Below, piece by piece: positions 1-16,010 of a DNA stretch of 64,000 nucleotides. The notes beneath the pieces were generated by a model, which saw only the letters and a program-made list of their open reading frames with translations, made no database searches and was not told the DNA's origin. Both the position numbers and the translations under genes were made by a program. Numbering within the stretch: the stretch's first letter is position 1; the number at the start of each line of letters is the position of its first letter. Location: assembly GCF_009914755.1 (NCBI RefSeq), contig NC_060936.1. One strand, 5' to 3'. This stretch comes from the human T2T-CHM13v2.0 reference genome, Homo sapiens.

Positions 1-1169
1 AGACCGCTACTGTTTTTTAAAAGTGATTTGATTTGGGCTGTAACCTTTTTTTATTGTTGTTAGCTTTGACTTTGAAATGTGTAATAAAGATTCAAGTGAG
101 CATTAGAAGTTTTTTTAAAAGTAGTGGTTTAAAAAAAAAAAAAAGAAAAAAGTGATTTAATAGCTGGTCTTCTTTTTTCCTTAAATCGTCACTTTCTTGT
201 CAACTGAAAAACTAAGTCGAGTTACTAAAATGGCCGCACATTTAGGACTTAGAACAGCTGCCCTGGAAGTTAGAAGAAGTGCGTCAAGTATAGTTACAGC
301 TTGGTCTGGTTGGCAGTGAGATGAGTATAGAACATGCTGCTTTTGTGGTGTATAACTCTAGAAGGGTTTAGGGGAGGTGGACATGGCTTCCCAAGAAGGT
401 GGAAGATGGGGGCAGGAGGAGATGGCGTGCTTCCTCTTGGTGAGGGGTTGGGGTAGCATCCAGATTGGCTTTAGAGATCGGATTAAGCTTGAGTGTGCTG
501 AGTGTCTAAGGAGATGAACAGGAAGTGAAAGATTCTCCCAGAAGAAAGGAATAGGGGAGGAAAGGTATACATGTGCTGGAGTGGGTGGCATCTGAGTCAG
601 AGGGTTGGGGAGAAAGGTTAGATCCAAATCTTGAGGGTCTCCTTGCCTGCACTCCTAGAGCCATACTGAAGAGGAGCTGGACCTTCATCCTGGGGTGGCG
701 GAAAAGCCCCGGGCACTTTAAGCAGGGGAATGACCATTGTTTTTCAGGGTAGTGTCTGAACATTCATTCATGCTGCCCTGGCAAGAGCAGTTGGCAATGA
801 TGGCAAGACCGGGCAGTGTGGAGGTGGCCCAGGGACACGGGGTGCCTACTGTGTTTTGCCTGAACTGTGTTTTAAGAGGCTGCATAACCAAGCAGTTGCT
901 GTGCACGTACAGCTTGGCATCTGAGTCTCCCACCCCCCGGCACCCCATGTTTGTTACCTGCCTGGTGCCTGTAGGCATTTGAGTTTGTAGCCCCTGGTTG
1001 AATTCTGACGGTACAGCCCTTTGGCTGGACACCATGCAGCTCAGCCAGGGGAGTAGCAGAAGATCAACTATGGACAGGTGTGACTTAGGAAGAGGTGGAG
1101 TTTGGGGTGCTGGGGAGAGGGACCGAACATCCCAGGGAGGGGAAATGGCATAGGCTGAAGTAAGGAGGG

Positions 1170-1258
1170 GGGTTGCAGTGAGTCGAGATTGTCACTGCAC
1201 TCCAGCCTGCCTGGGTGACAGAGCAAGACCCTGTCTCAAAAAGAAAAAAAAAAAAAGA
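1170..1258 (+). mobile_element. Alu 3' fragment
   Basis: ggttgcagtgag...ctgtctc plus A tail. Confidence 0.85.
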
Positions 1259-1344
1259 AGTAGGAACTCTTCTGAGACCCACACCCTGGACGGGGCCAGA
1301 GACTAGCATGCTGGGGGCAGATTGGATTTGGGTGTGGTTACATG

Positions 1345-1560
1345 CACTCTGGGGTCAGACCCACTGAGTTTGAATCCAGCCCTGACTTCTCCTGCTGGGA
1401 CTTTGGGCAGATGATGTAACCTCTCTAAGCTTTGATTTCCTCATCCGTAAAATGACACTAATATTAGTATTACCTTTTAGGACTGTTCTGAGGTTTATAC
1501 AAGATAGCATGCCTCACACAACTAGCACAGTGCCTGGCTTATACAGAATGAGCATTGGGT
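1345..1560 (+). mobile_element. MIR SINE
   Basis: ttgggcag...aacctctctaagc...tttcctcatccgtaaaatg core. Confidence 0.65.
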
Positions 1561-1982
1561 GGATGTCAGCCATTATAATTAGGGTCAGGGGTCAGAGCAG
1601 GCATATCTGTTTTACAGAGTGCCTAAAATGCTGATGGCAGGAGTTTGGACCTGGTTGAGTTGGGCATGGGAGCTGCTAAATGTGTTTGGGCCAGAAAGCA
1701 AGTGATGACAGAGCATCTTCCTGCTGACATCTTGCCAGCTCGGGATGCTGTCTCTAGCCAACTTGATAAGCCCTGAGCTTAGAAACCCTGGGGTGGGTCA
1801 GCCCTGAATAGGGGTTACTTTTCCCTCTGGAGATTGAGAGGTGGATGGAGAGGAAACTGCCAGGCTATTCTGCAGTAGTAGGAGCCGGATTTGGCATTTT
1901 TCTCTCTGTGTCTGTCTCCCTGACCAGTCACTGAACTTCCCCAGGTCCCAGAAGCTCAGCTCAGTAGCTCAGTTCCTACTTC

Positions 1983-2281
<299 letters not shown>

Positions 2282-3473
2282 AGTCCCTACTTCTTAAGAG
2301 GCACTCAGGAAGCATCTGGACAATGCTGAACAGATGAGGACTTTCATAGGCTCACCTGGCCTGGGGTCTGGCCCAGGAGGGTGCTCTTTGATGAGAAACA
2401 TCCCAGCGGTATTGGGCATGGAGGAAGCAGCTAGTGAAAGAAAAGCAGAGCTGATGGGAGGAAGATGTTTGACTGTGCCCAGCCCTGCCACATATCTCCC
2501 ACTTTGCCCTCCCTAATCCCACCACACCCAGCTCTTAGGATCAGAAAGTACGTTGAAGTTCCAGGGCCACTCTCCTGAATAAAAAGTGTGGCTTCTGTTT
2601 CCGGCAGATAAGTTCCTGCTTTGTTCCAGTGCACTGACACAGTCCCCTGAACAACCCATCTTGGGTTGATCAGGAAGTTCTTAGTCTGTTCAGATGGCAG
2701 CCTACCTCTCATTTTATCATCCTCCTTCACGATAAAGCCCTGATGTTCTGCCTTTCCCACTTAGTGGAGAAACCTATCCTCATAGCCACACTTCCGGTAT
2801 TGAGGAATTGGCATCTTGGAATACAGCTTGGGTATTTGGATGACAAATTATTAAAAATATTCTGATCTCTTTGCCCACATATTTTAGCTGTAGAAGCAAG
2901 CAGAGAGCATCATGTTACTGCAGCAGCAGTGCCGCTTATTTTTTTTCCTTAAAAAACATGATTTAGGGGTCCTAGTTTTGGTGGCTTCCTGCTTCAGCAG
3001 CATTTGGAAGACTTGCAGATATGTCCTGTGAGTGCCACGTGGGTGTGACCCCTGCTCCTTGGCCTGGCAACAATCCAGTAGCTGTATATTAGAGTGTCCT
3101 TTTTGCTACCTTAAATGACCAAGTCTTCCCCAGAGCCATTCTTGCTATCTCTTGCTATCCACCTGCCTCGGCCTCCCAAAGTGCTGAGATTACAGGCATG
3201 AGCCACCACTCCTGGCCCTTCCTGTTTATTTAGCTGAAGGCCTTGAGAGCCTTCCCTAACCTTTGAGGATAGTGGTTGTGTTTCCACAGTCTCTCATTCT
3301 CCAGGTATGCTGTTTATACCTCTTTCTCTGCTCTTCACGGCACAGAGACCCACTCGCTCCCCAGCACCGGGATGTGATCGATTTGATGATTGAATCAGAG
3401 TTTGCTTTGTGCCATGATGGATTGTGAGAAAATGGAGTTTTGATGAATTAGGTAATTTAAAATACGGGTGGGA

Positions 3474-3761
3474 GCCAGGCGCAGTGGTTCACCCTGTAAT
3501 CTTAGCACTTTGGGAGACCAAGGCGAGAGGATCACTTGAGGCCAGGAATTTGAGACCAGCTTGGACAACATAGTGAGACCCCATTTCTAAAAAGAAGTTA
3601 AAAAAAGTTAGCCAGGTGTGGTGGTGCACACCTGTAGTCTCAGCTCCTTGAGAGGCTGAGGCATGAGGATTGCTTGAGCCCAGGAGTCTGAGACTGCAGT
3701 GAGCCATGATCACACTACTGCACTCGAGCCTGGGCATAGAGTAAGACCCTGTCTCTAGAAA
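3474..3761 (+). mobile_element. Alu (J-like)
   Basis: Diverged full dimer. Confidence 0.9.
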
Positions 3762-5340
3762 TACATATATACATATATATTTCAAAATAAAATATAGGTG
3801 GGAGGGCTAAGTTTGGCAAAGAATCCTTTCGTAGTATGAATAATACCCATTCTGTTCATCCAGCATCAAGCAGGGTTTTGTGAATCCTGCTCCCCCCAGC
3901 TAGGGCTTACCTGGTTTGTGAGTTTCTTTCTTGTGTCTCCCTGATGCCTGTTTGAGATGACTGGGCAGGGCAGGGCAGGAAGGTAGAGGCCTAACCCAGT
4001 GTAATGCCTGGGTGTTAATGGCTGTTGTTTTAGGTGCTGATGTTTTACACAGCTGTGCCTCTTTCTGGTAGTACAAGTTTTGCAAAGGCAGGGATCATGT
4101 CTCTTCTACACATATTCTGGGCACAATAATAGACATAATAGAAGTTGCATATCTGGGAGTGAGTCACCGGTTTCCAAAAACATCCAGGGTCCCAGGTGAC
4201 TGTCACAGCTAAACCAGCCCCTGGAGCCACTGGAGGGTGACAAGGAGACTCATTCACATGTGATCAGACCAGAAGTAGCCCAGCAGGGCATGGCGTTGCT
4301 GCCCCTAGGAACAGCCTACTTTTTGGATGTTTGGGTCTCTGCTTCCAGCTTCGAACTCCCCAGGAGCCCACACATGTCCAATCCCAACCTTCCTTCCATC
4401 TAAGCTTCCCCGTCGCCGCCCTACCATTTGTAGACTGCCTGTCTCTCTTTTTTATCTCTCTTTTTGTTAGATTGGGATTTTATTATTTTTTTTTCCTAAT
4501 TCTTTCAGCACTTGCTGAAAACCAGCTTGGGCAGAGCGACCTGTGCTTAGTGCTGGCTAATGGCTTGGAGCTGCTCCAAGCTGCCGGCTGCGCTGCCTTT
4601 CACTTGTGGGTGGTCGTCGACAAGCATGATGTCTTCTCTCTGTGACTCTCGAGGGGCCTCTCTTCTTGCGGGCTCGGCTGTTCACACTTGGCTGGCCTGC
4701 CTGGTTGTTTGGAATTGCAGTTTTTACTGCACAGCCTCGAGCCAGTCTGGTAGCTTCAACAGGGCGCAGATTTTATGAGTGCTAAAGTCCACTCAGCCTC
4801 CAGCCTAGTTGGCCCATTTGATTTTGTTGCATGTTGTTTTTTGCTATTTCCTCTTGGAGACCAGACGCCGTCCAGAGTGTATGGGGACACAGAAGTCTAT
4901 AAATGGAGGTGGCTTGGGAGATTCTTAGGCTGTGATGAATGTGTGTCTATTGAGGAGTGATGGTACCTGCTGGTGTCTACAACGGTTGAACATTTTCTGA
5001 GTGTCGCGCAGTCTGCAAAGGATGGGGTTGAATTTCTGGCATCGTCTCTTGATAGCTGAACATCCTTGAATGAGGAGCTGAGCTTGTTTTTTCCTAAGTT
5101 GCAGTTTCTTCATTGTAAAATCAGTATATGATTGTCTACAGTCAGAGTCTCAACCCATGAGTAGGTAATTGAAGGACTTTCTGCATTGAGGATGTGAACC
5201 TTTCCTCCGTTCTCACATTCTTCCGGTTCCTCTTAAGGGATGTGAGTTGGTAGTTTGCATTTTCTGAAGTGTTGTAGCAGTTGAGGGACAGTAGTTAACT
5301 TCCTTGACTACCATTCCTGTTGTGTTGCAGGGAGAATTAA

Positions 5341-5672
<332 letters not shown>

Positions 5673-5977
5673 ACTCCTGCTCATTCTTTAGGGTGGCTTC
5701 TTGATTTCCATTGTATTTTCCTTTATTCACAATGCTCCTTTTGGGCTGCCTTCCCCACCAACAGAAAGGGAAACTGAAGCAAAAGGAAGGGAAGGCCGAA
5801 AGCAGTGCCTGGCCATTGACTGCATAGGAATTCAGGGCCCTGGAGAAGTGGCAGGCCTAGGCCATCAAGCTCTCTGTGGGATGTAGCTGTCCTCCAGCTG
5901 TCACTTCCCCAATGTGCCCATGCTTGCTTCATGGCCGCCTCACCTCTTGTTACTCTTCTTCTGAACAAAGCCACCTG

Positions 5978-5995
5978 CAGCAGCAGCAGCAGCAG
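5978..5995 (+). repeat. (CAG)6 intronic
   Basis: Direct read. Confidence 0.9.
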
Positions 5996-6381
5996 ATCCA
6001 GGTGCTGGGGCGTGGCCAGTGTTCATGGAAGCCGGGTCCAGCCAGCCCCCAGGTGTTTCTGGTTAAGGACTAGAGCGGACTTTTGATCTGTGCTGAGTGG
6101 ATGCCATCAGCTGACACATCAGTAGCCTTCATGCAGCTTGAGTCTCAAGCCAAACTTGTTCTTCCGAGCACTGGCTTTCTGCTGACCTCTTGCAGGGGAA
6201 CCAGAGCGCACCAGTGCACAGTGAAAAATGCCTTTAATCTCCATTTGCTCTTCTCCGGCTCCCTTCCTTGTCCCTGGGTGTTTCACAATTAGCATTTCAG
6301 ATGCTTCCAAGTGAATATGGAACAGATGTTCGCACAGGTGCTGTACTCTTCACTGGGTAAACAGTGGCGTTTGCGTGCCTC

Positions 6382-6384
<3 letters not shown>

Positions 6385-6424
<40 letters not shown>

Positions 6425-6430
6425 GTGTGT
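6385..6430. repeat. (TG)n microsatellite
   Basis: Long GT dinucleotide run with one interruption. Confidence 0.97.
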
Positions 6431-7044
6431 ATGAGACAGCAGGAAGCATAGGGCCTTTACAAATGTTTTTTAAAGCGTCTAAAACACTTTACACATGACG
6501 GGTACTCAATAAATACTTTGTGAGTGAGTGAGCAGTGGCAGGGAAAGCCCTTTGTTTCATAATAAACCCAGTGGCATGGGAGCAGGAAGTACAATTCCAA
6601 GTTGGGTCTTGAAATTCATGGACTAAAGAAGAAGTCATGTCCTGCCTCACCAAGAAATTACCCGTGGACATCTGGCAAACCGGGGGGCATGCTGTAGGGA
6701 CAAGACACAGTTCTCCATCTCAGGAAGGAGGATTAGACAATAAAAATGACCGTGGCGGCCCCTGGCAATTTAATCTGCCTCACGAATGTGAGCTGGCCAC
6801 GGCTGTGCTGGGAAAAGGAACTTGCGGTTTTGCCCATGCAGAATGTTTGCAGATGGGTTAGGGAGTTAGCCAGGACTGACCTCCTTGGCTGTGTTTTTCC
6901 AAGTAGCACACCTGATCAGGTTGCTCCACACCATTAGTCCCCAGTGGCTCAAGTCCAGGCCCTCAGCATGGCTTTCCGCCTGGCCTACACCCCCAGCCTT
7001 GCGGAAACAGTGGAGGGAAAGGTGAGGGCTTGGCTGCCCGTCGT

Positions 7045-7210
7045 TTCCTCCCTCTGTGACCTTGGGCAAGTCACTCAGCTTCTCTGGGCCTTAGTTTCAC
7101 CCTCTGTAAACTGGGGATAATAATCAAGTCTTGTTTGTAGGGCCTTTGTACACTTAGAAGAATTAATTAACGTAAAGCCCTTTCAACCGTGTCTGGTGTG
7201 TGGTAAGTAC
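7045..7210 (+). mobile_element. MIR SINE
   Basis: tgtgaccttgggcaagtcactcagcttctctgggccttagtttc...ctgtaaa. Confidence 0.75.
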
Positions 7211-7712
7211 TGAATGCGAATCGTGGCTGTTACCTTTGCCCACTGCGTCATCCTGGTCACTGGTCTCTGGCACTTTAAGCTTCAGAATTACAGAACCCTC
7301 TGCAGTTTCTCAGACGTGCCCTGCTGTTGAAGTCTCTGTGCTCTCTGAATGACTATCCTTGTTTCTAGAATGTGCCACTCACCCCATCCCCATCCACCCT
7401 GTGAATACCTCCTCATCCCTCATGCTTGAAATGCCAGCCCTGGCATTCCCCTGAGTTCCTCCCTGCCACTGGCCACCAGCCCCCACGGAGGGCCCTTGTC
7501 ATCCCAGCCCATTTTAGATCTCAGTGCACCAGAGTCACGATCCTTCATTACCTACTGATGGAGAGTTCCATGAGGGCGAGGGCCATGGTTTCACCTTTTC
7601 TAATCCAACACCTAGCACAATGCCTGGTATACAGTAAGTGCTGAATAAATGTCTCCTCAAATTAAACCATATGTGTTTGCATGTAGGTGGTCAGTCTTTT
7701 AAAACTACATCT

Positions 7713-8417
<705 letters not shown>

Positions 8418-9179
8418 GTTTAGAAAGGTGTTCTCAAGGCAATGTTTGCAACCTTAGGATGTCTGTTGTGTGTTCCTCATGTGGACGGTTAGGAAGTGGG
8501 CATCTCAGGCTGCAGTCACTGCCCCCGATGATTTTGATGTGCTCATTTCCCAGCCCCTCTCCCTGCCTACATTCTCCTCTGTCCCCTAACTCCCAAAAGC
8601 CTGTTTCTGATCTGCACCCCTCCTGCCTTTCCATGTCTTTCACACTCCATTTATAGAACTGCTCTCCGCTTCCTTGCCCCATCCCCTGCCAGTTCCAGGC
8701 TCCCTGGGCCTGGCCTCATGGATGACAGTGAACCCCTCTGGACTTGGCCACTTAGGTCCCTTTCAGGTGGCCGGAAACAGAGTTAGAGGAGACACAGGGC
8801 ATTATCCTGACCACTTTCACACCAGAGTCCCTCCCTCTAGAACAGGGCTTGACCCGTGGTACTGCCCCGTTGAGCCTTTCTTTTTCCCTTTCCTCCTTTG
8901 GCTTAAGCCTTTGGCAGGACAGATTTTGGGCTGGAGGCCAGCAATTCAACTGGGAGGGCTCTGTGCCAGTTCTTGCCTTTCTGAAGGTTGGTACATTTGC
9001 CCAGGGCTCTGCTTGGGTTTGGAGCCTTTACTAACGTGTGTCAATAATGCGGGTCCACCTTCCATACCATCTTGCAACCAATTATCAGAAAGAGAAGGCC
9101 TGAGCAGGGGGATGTGCATTTTGCTTTCTTTCGGCGTAGCATCTCATGCTAGATTTTTATCTGGGGGCCTTTGAAGAGC

Positions 9180-9374
9180 CAGCCGGCACAGAAGCATGGT
9201 GGCAACGCTGTGCCTGGAAAACTCATCAGTGTCACTCTGGTTTATTTTCCTCTCCTCTTTGAGCTCTTTCCCATGGTGTGGGGCTCTCAGTGACAACTGG
9301 CAAGCGGCGGGGCGGTTGCTCGTTGTCATTCTGGTAGGCGCTGGTTTCCGGAGGGCTCCGAGTGCTTTGTGAGT
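9180..9374 (+). promoter_or_regulatory. Putative internal promoter / alternative first exon of TPCN1
   Basis: Local CpG cluster outside repeats, GC box GGGGCGG 9309-9315, ETS-like TTTCCGG 9345-9351, donor TTT|gtgagt at 9368/9369. Confidence 0.4.
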
Positions 9375-9458
9375 ATTCGCATTTGTTTCTGAGATGCTGG
9401 GAGCACGGTTGGCACTGGTCCCAGTTTCTGGATGAAGAAACTGAGGCTCTGGGGATTA

Positions 9459-10390
<932 letters not shown>

Positions 10391-12919
10391 TTACGCAGCC
10401 GGGCTGCCCCCTGCGCCTGCTGGGTGAGGGGTGGGTCGTGGAAGCCTTCCCCTCCTGCCTGTTCTTTCCTGCTCCTCCCCAGTGCATCTTTATAGCTGGC
10501 ATATGGAAACTGTTTCTATTTATCTGGCACCACCAGGACGCTGCTGCATGCTGTGCTCCAGCAAACAGAAACCTTGGATTCCCTGCAGGGTCATTTCCGA
10601 TGTGGCGTGCAAAGCAGCCAGCTGTTTCGAGGGAGCGTCTGGGCCCTGTGACATCAGCATGTGGGAGTGTTACCGTGTGTGCAAACAGGTCATTCTGGTT
10701 TGTCTGCCTGTCCTCTGCACCGGGATGTCTCTCCTGCTTCGAGTCAGAGTTTGCGTTGTTGTTTTGTATTCTCATGCCTGTCAGTTCAGCTGTTTCTTTC
10801 CACTCCTTCCCGTCCTCTGAGTGGTTTTACGTTCTCTCCTCCGGGCTGATTGCCAGGATTCAGGGAGGGAGGTTAAGGGGCTGGTGCCACATAAATCTTT
10901 AGTGGCCAAAGTCTGCAGGCCTGCAAGGCTGCGCCTGTCCTCTTGGTCTGGTTTTCCCAAGAGAGCTGTCTGCCCAGGGCACCAGAAGGGCAGGACAAAA
11001 TGTTTCCCTTCGTGGAACTTTCCCCAGAGGCCCAGAACAGAGATGCAGAATACAGTCTTCCTGGTTGCCAAGAGTGTTCCTGGTCAGCCTCCTCTGGTCC
11101 TTTCTGAAACCTGCATGTGGAGCTTGCTGGCTGTGGGAGCCAGGGAGACTGCAAATCCTGCCCGCCTGCCCACGCTGCTGCTCATCTCCCTCCCTCCTAT
11201 GTCCGGCCCGGTTGCCTCCCAGGAAAGGTAAACATGCAGAGGCAAGGGCTAGCTGCCGGCCTTCTGGAGGAGGCAGTGGAGGGCCAGCTTCCTGACAGCC
11301 CCGTGGTGAGGTCGTCCTGTCTTCTCAAGCTGGGCCCCTGCGACGTGCCCCAGTTCCTGCCTTTCCAGCTGGCCTGGAAGAACCCGTTCTGCTCTGGGCA
11401 AGAACAGTGCCAAGGTCAGAGGCCAAAGGTGTTGCTTCTTCCGTGGTCCGTAATGAGCACCAGTTGGAGAGGGCCAGCCCCGGCACACAGAGGAAGGGGC
11501 TGGACTGGGGTGATGCGGGGTGAGCCTGCCCGGTCACTTTGTTGGCTAGGATGCTTCCTGTGCTTTCTGTGCCTGGTACTCCAAAGATGCGAGTGCCAGT
11601 CATTGACCTGGAGGTTCTGCCCAGGGTCTGTGGGCAGTAGGAGGTCAGAACAAGGCACCAGGCCACTAGAGCAGGTGGGTGTAAACAACTGTTGGCATTC
11701 GAGGCTGCCCAGGTAGAGGTCCTGGAGTGAACCCAGTGGGCACGATGGGCTTCAGTGGGGCAGAGTGTCCTCTAGCTTCACACACAGTGCTGATGACTCA
11801 GGCCAGCTGGGGGCCCCTGCACATGCTCTTAGTTCCCACGTGGAGGGTATTCATTTTGAGGAAGCTGGGCCTGCCGGGATTGGTTCCCCAGCAAGCAGGG
11901 GCTCATTCTCCCAGAAACCACTCCATCTGCACTCACACCCTGACTCACCAGGCTCACATCCTGACTTACCAGGACTTGGCTATCAGCCTGTCCCCTTTGA
12001 TCTGCCCCTTCTGCCCCCTGCCTTCCCGCTTTCTGGGCCTGAAATGTCCTCCTCAGAAAGCTGCCGAGCCTTCGAGCATACCTTCTGCGGGAACAACGCA
12101 GCACTCGGAGTGGGAGCATATCCATTGTCCCTTCAGCCACTTCTGCAACCTCTTAAGTGGGGAAGAGGGTTAGACAGCAGACAGGGCAGGGGATTAGCAC
12201 TCCACGAGGTGGCCCAGCCCCACCCGGCCCCTGCCGTGCCCTCGTCTTGGCTGGTACAGCTGCACTGCTGCGTGAAGGCCACGTACAAAAGGAACAGAAT
12301 GGAACTGTGGCTCCTCGCCTTCCATTTGCACCCTTTCTATAATCCCTAAATATGTAGCCCAGTTGCTCGTGCCTTGATGTGAAGGAGGCCCTTTGCGATC
12401 ACCTGTGGCTTTCTTGAAAAGTCCCTGAGTGGCCAGTGTCACCCCAGGCCTTCCATCCCTCTCTCCGTGTGGAGAAATGAGCGATCATGCTTTGCCTTTT
12501 GGGACCACATGAGCACTCCAAGTCCTGTTTTCTGAGGTTGAGTGGTTAGAAGCACAGAACAAAGTCCGTCCTGGGAGGGGGAGAATTCGCTGTTCTTTCA
12601 CCTTAGCTCTTGAGTCTTATTCTCCCCTTTCCCTTTCAAGGTTCTACCCTGAATTACTCTTAACACAAAACAGCCCCTCTTCCGCAGATCCTTAAAAGAA
12701 AGGTTTTTACAAATACAAACTTACCACATCACACCCCTTCCTAACACCCTTTGGCGCTGCCCACTGCACCCCGGGTGGAGCCCGCCCTCTTGCCCGAGGC
12801 CTGCCAGGCCCCACGGATGGCTCCTTGTTCTCCGCCCTCCAGGCCCTGGCCATCCTTAAGTGCCCCACGGGGGTGTGTGGAATCTTCAGGGCTAGCAAGA
12901 CCTTCTATTTCACTTCAGT

Positions 12920-13400
12920 TCAGACATGTTTGCTGACCACTTACACATTGTGTACAACGCTGTTCTGGGGCCTGGGAACACCACAGTGACCAAAACAAAA
13001 GTCCCTGCCCTCTTGGAGCTGACATTCCAGGCGGGGAAACAGGCCCACGATTAAACAGATACCCTGTCAGGTGGTGACAGCCCCAGGAGGAAGCCTCAGC
13101 GCTTTGAGGGGACGGAGTGATGTGGTCTCACCTTGTAGGGGAGGCCAAGGGTAGCCTCTGATAAAATGTTTGTGGAAACTGGAAGGTGTGACAAAGCAGC
13201 CAAAGATCGGGGAGGCAGAGGCCCCAAGGCGGAGTGTTCCAGGCACGTTTCAGAACAACAAGGAGGTTAGCATGGCGGCAGCGAGGGGCAGGCAGGACGA
13301 GGTGACTTGGAGAGGTTGCGGGTCAGGTTCCACGAGACCCTCTGATCAAGGGAGGCTGGGGCACGTTTGGGGCAGAGGAGTGATACCATTTGGCTTAGTG
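12920..13400 (-). mobile_element. L2 fragment
   Basis: aaaagtccctgccctcttggagctgacattccag, typical of the L2 3' region; degraded. Confidence 0.5.
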
Positions 13401-15297
13401 TTCTTTAGGATTTTTGTTATATTAAACAAAAAAGTTACCTAAAAACACACACACGCACACACACGATAGAGGATTTCTCTGACTGGTGTCAAGAATAGGC
13501 CACAGAGGGAAGAACAGACAGTAGGAAGACAGAGAAGGGATTGTGCTAGTCTAGGGGAGAGCTGTTTTGGGCCACAGTGTGGCAGGGGAGCTGGTGAGAG
13601 CGAGGTCTTGTGGGCCAGGTGCAGCACCTATTTGTGGGCCTTTCAGCTGATTGTGGGAGAGGAGGAGCCTCCTGATTCCTGAGGCCCCTCCTGCCCCAAG
13701 ATTCTCTGTTGGTGCAGCTGTTCCATTCAGCACCGGTATGGCCAGGAAAATGTGGTCTCAGTCACCCCAGGGCCTTCTCCTGCCCCCAGTCACTTGTGGC
13801 CCATAAGAGTGCATCCCAAGAGCCCTGGCCAATGGAGGGACCGTCTGTGCGAGAACCGGCCACGTGTTCTCTTTGATTTGGGTCATAGATGCTAAGCCTG
13901 TTTCACAGCTGTATGCTGTCCATCAGAAGAGACAGTGGCCGGCGTACCGCACGGCAGACAGTGGGTCAGCGGAGCCACCCCCTACATTTCTCTAGTGAGA
14001 GGTGAGTGGCAGATGATTGTATGAAGGAAAGCTCTGGATGGGGAGCCAGGAAGCCTGGATGCTAGACCTGGCGCTGTAACCAATTGGCCCTATACCATGG
14101 GGACATCACGTTCCCTGCCCTCAGTTTCCCCATCTCTAAAAGCTGGGCAATGAATTAGGTGGTCTCTAGGATCTGCTCCTGACCTGACAGTCGTTGCTTC
14201 TAAGACAACAGCAGAAAGTGCCTACAATTCACGCAGGAGAGCTACGCAGCAGCGCTTCCCATACTCTGCAGCAGAGGACCTCTACTTCCATAAAACACAA
14301 CAAAAACGAAGTACTAGGAGAAGGAAGTGCCGCACAGTGCCACCTGCGGTGATGGCCTCTACACGCTGGCTCTGGTTCCTGGATGGTTCTCATCCCCGAC
14401 CATGGCACACCATTAATGGACTGTGCAGACCATGTGGAATGACACCGCCCACAGTTAGAGTGGTTCCAAGCACAGACCTCATTTATTCTCCAGCTCCGTC
14501 ACTTTCTAAATGTGGGAGCCCCCGGACAAGCTGACCAATCTCTGTGCTTCTGTCCCATCACCCTTCTTCTGAAATGGGGATGCTGATGGTATCCACCTCC
14601 TAAGGTTGATGCGAGGATGAAGTTATTTCACCTATAAAGTGCTGAGACTAGTGCCTGCCTCACAGAATTTGTTCCGCAAGTGTTTGTGTGTGTTATTTTA
14701 GCGGAAGCTGAGCTGCTGAGATTGGGGCTAGATTTGGGGGCTGCAGTTAATCGGGAGGTGGGAGAGGGACGCGTGTGCTAAAAAAAGATGCCATTGCCCT
14801 CCCTAAGCAGCAAGGAAGTGTTTGTGGAAGGCTTTTGGCGCCAGCAGGATCTAGGCAGCTGGGCCCTGCTCAGATTGTGGCACTGCCAGCTCTCTGGGGC
14901 AGCTCTGCAGTTTGGAGCTGCTTCTGAAGCCATCTGCACCCACCTGCCTGCTCCCCTTGAAGTCACCATATACCTGTAAACATGTAGATGCCACAAGTTG
15001 CAGGGGCAGCTAGTTCAGCTGCTCACTGGCTGGTGAACCTCTTCTCTATTGAAATGTCCATAACCAATAGCTGTGGAGCCTCTTTTTGAGGCCACGTGGT
15101 GATGGGGTACTCACTGCCTCTGTGGACAGGTGCCCCTGGAGGGCAAGGGCTGCCTAGTTCCTACAGTCCCCACTAAGGGCCCAGCACCTAGGAGCTGACC
15201 TTGGGCAGGGACAACCCTGGGAATGTCTGCTAAACAAAGGAGTAGATGAACAGGCCAGTTGTTGGTCTTAGAATATTTTCATTAAGAATTATTTCCC

Positions 15298-16010
<713 letters not shown>

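Noticed and set aside
5978-5995. (CAG)6 as a polyQ coding repeat
   Set aside because: Intronic, short and without supporting splice sites.
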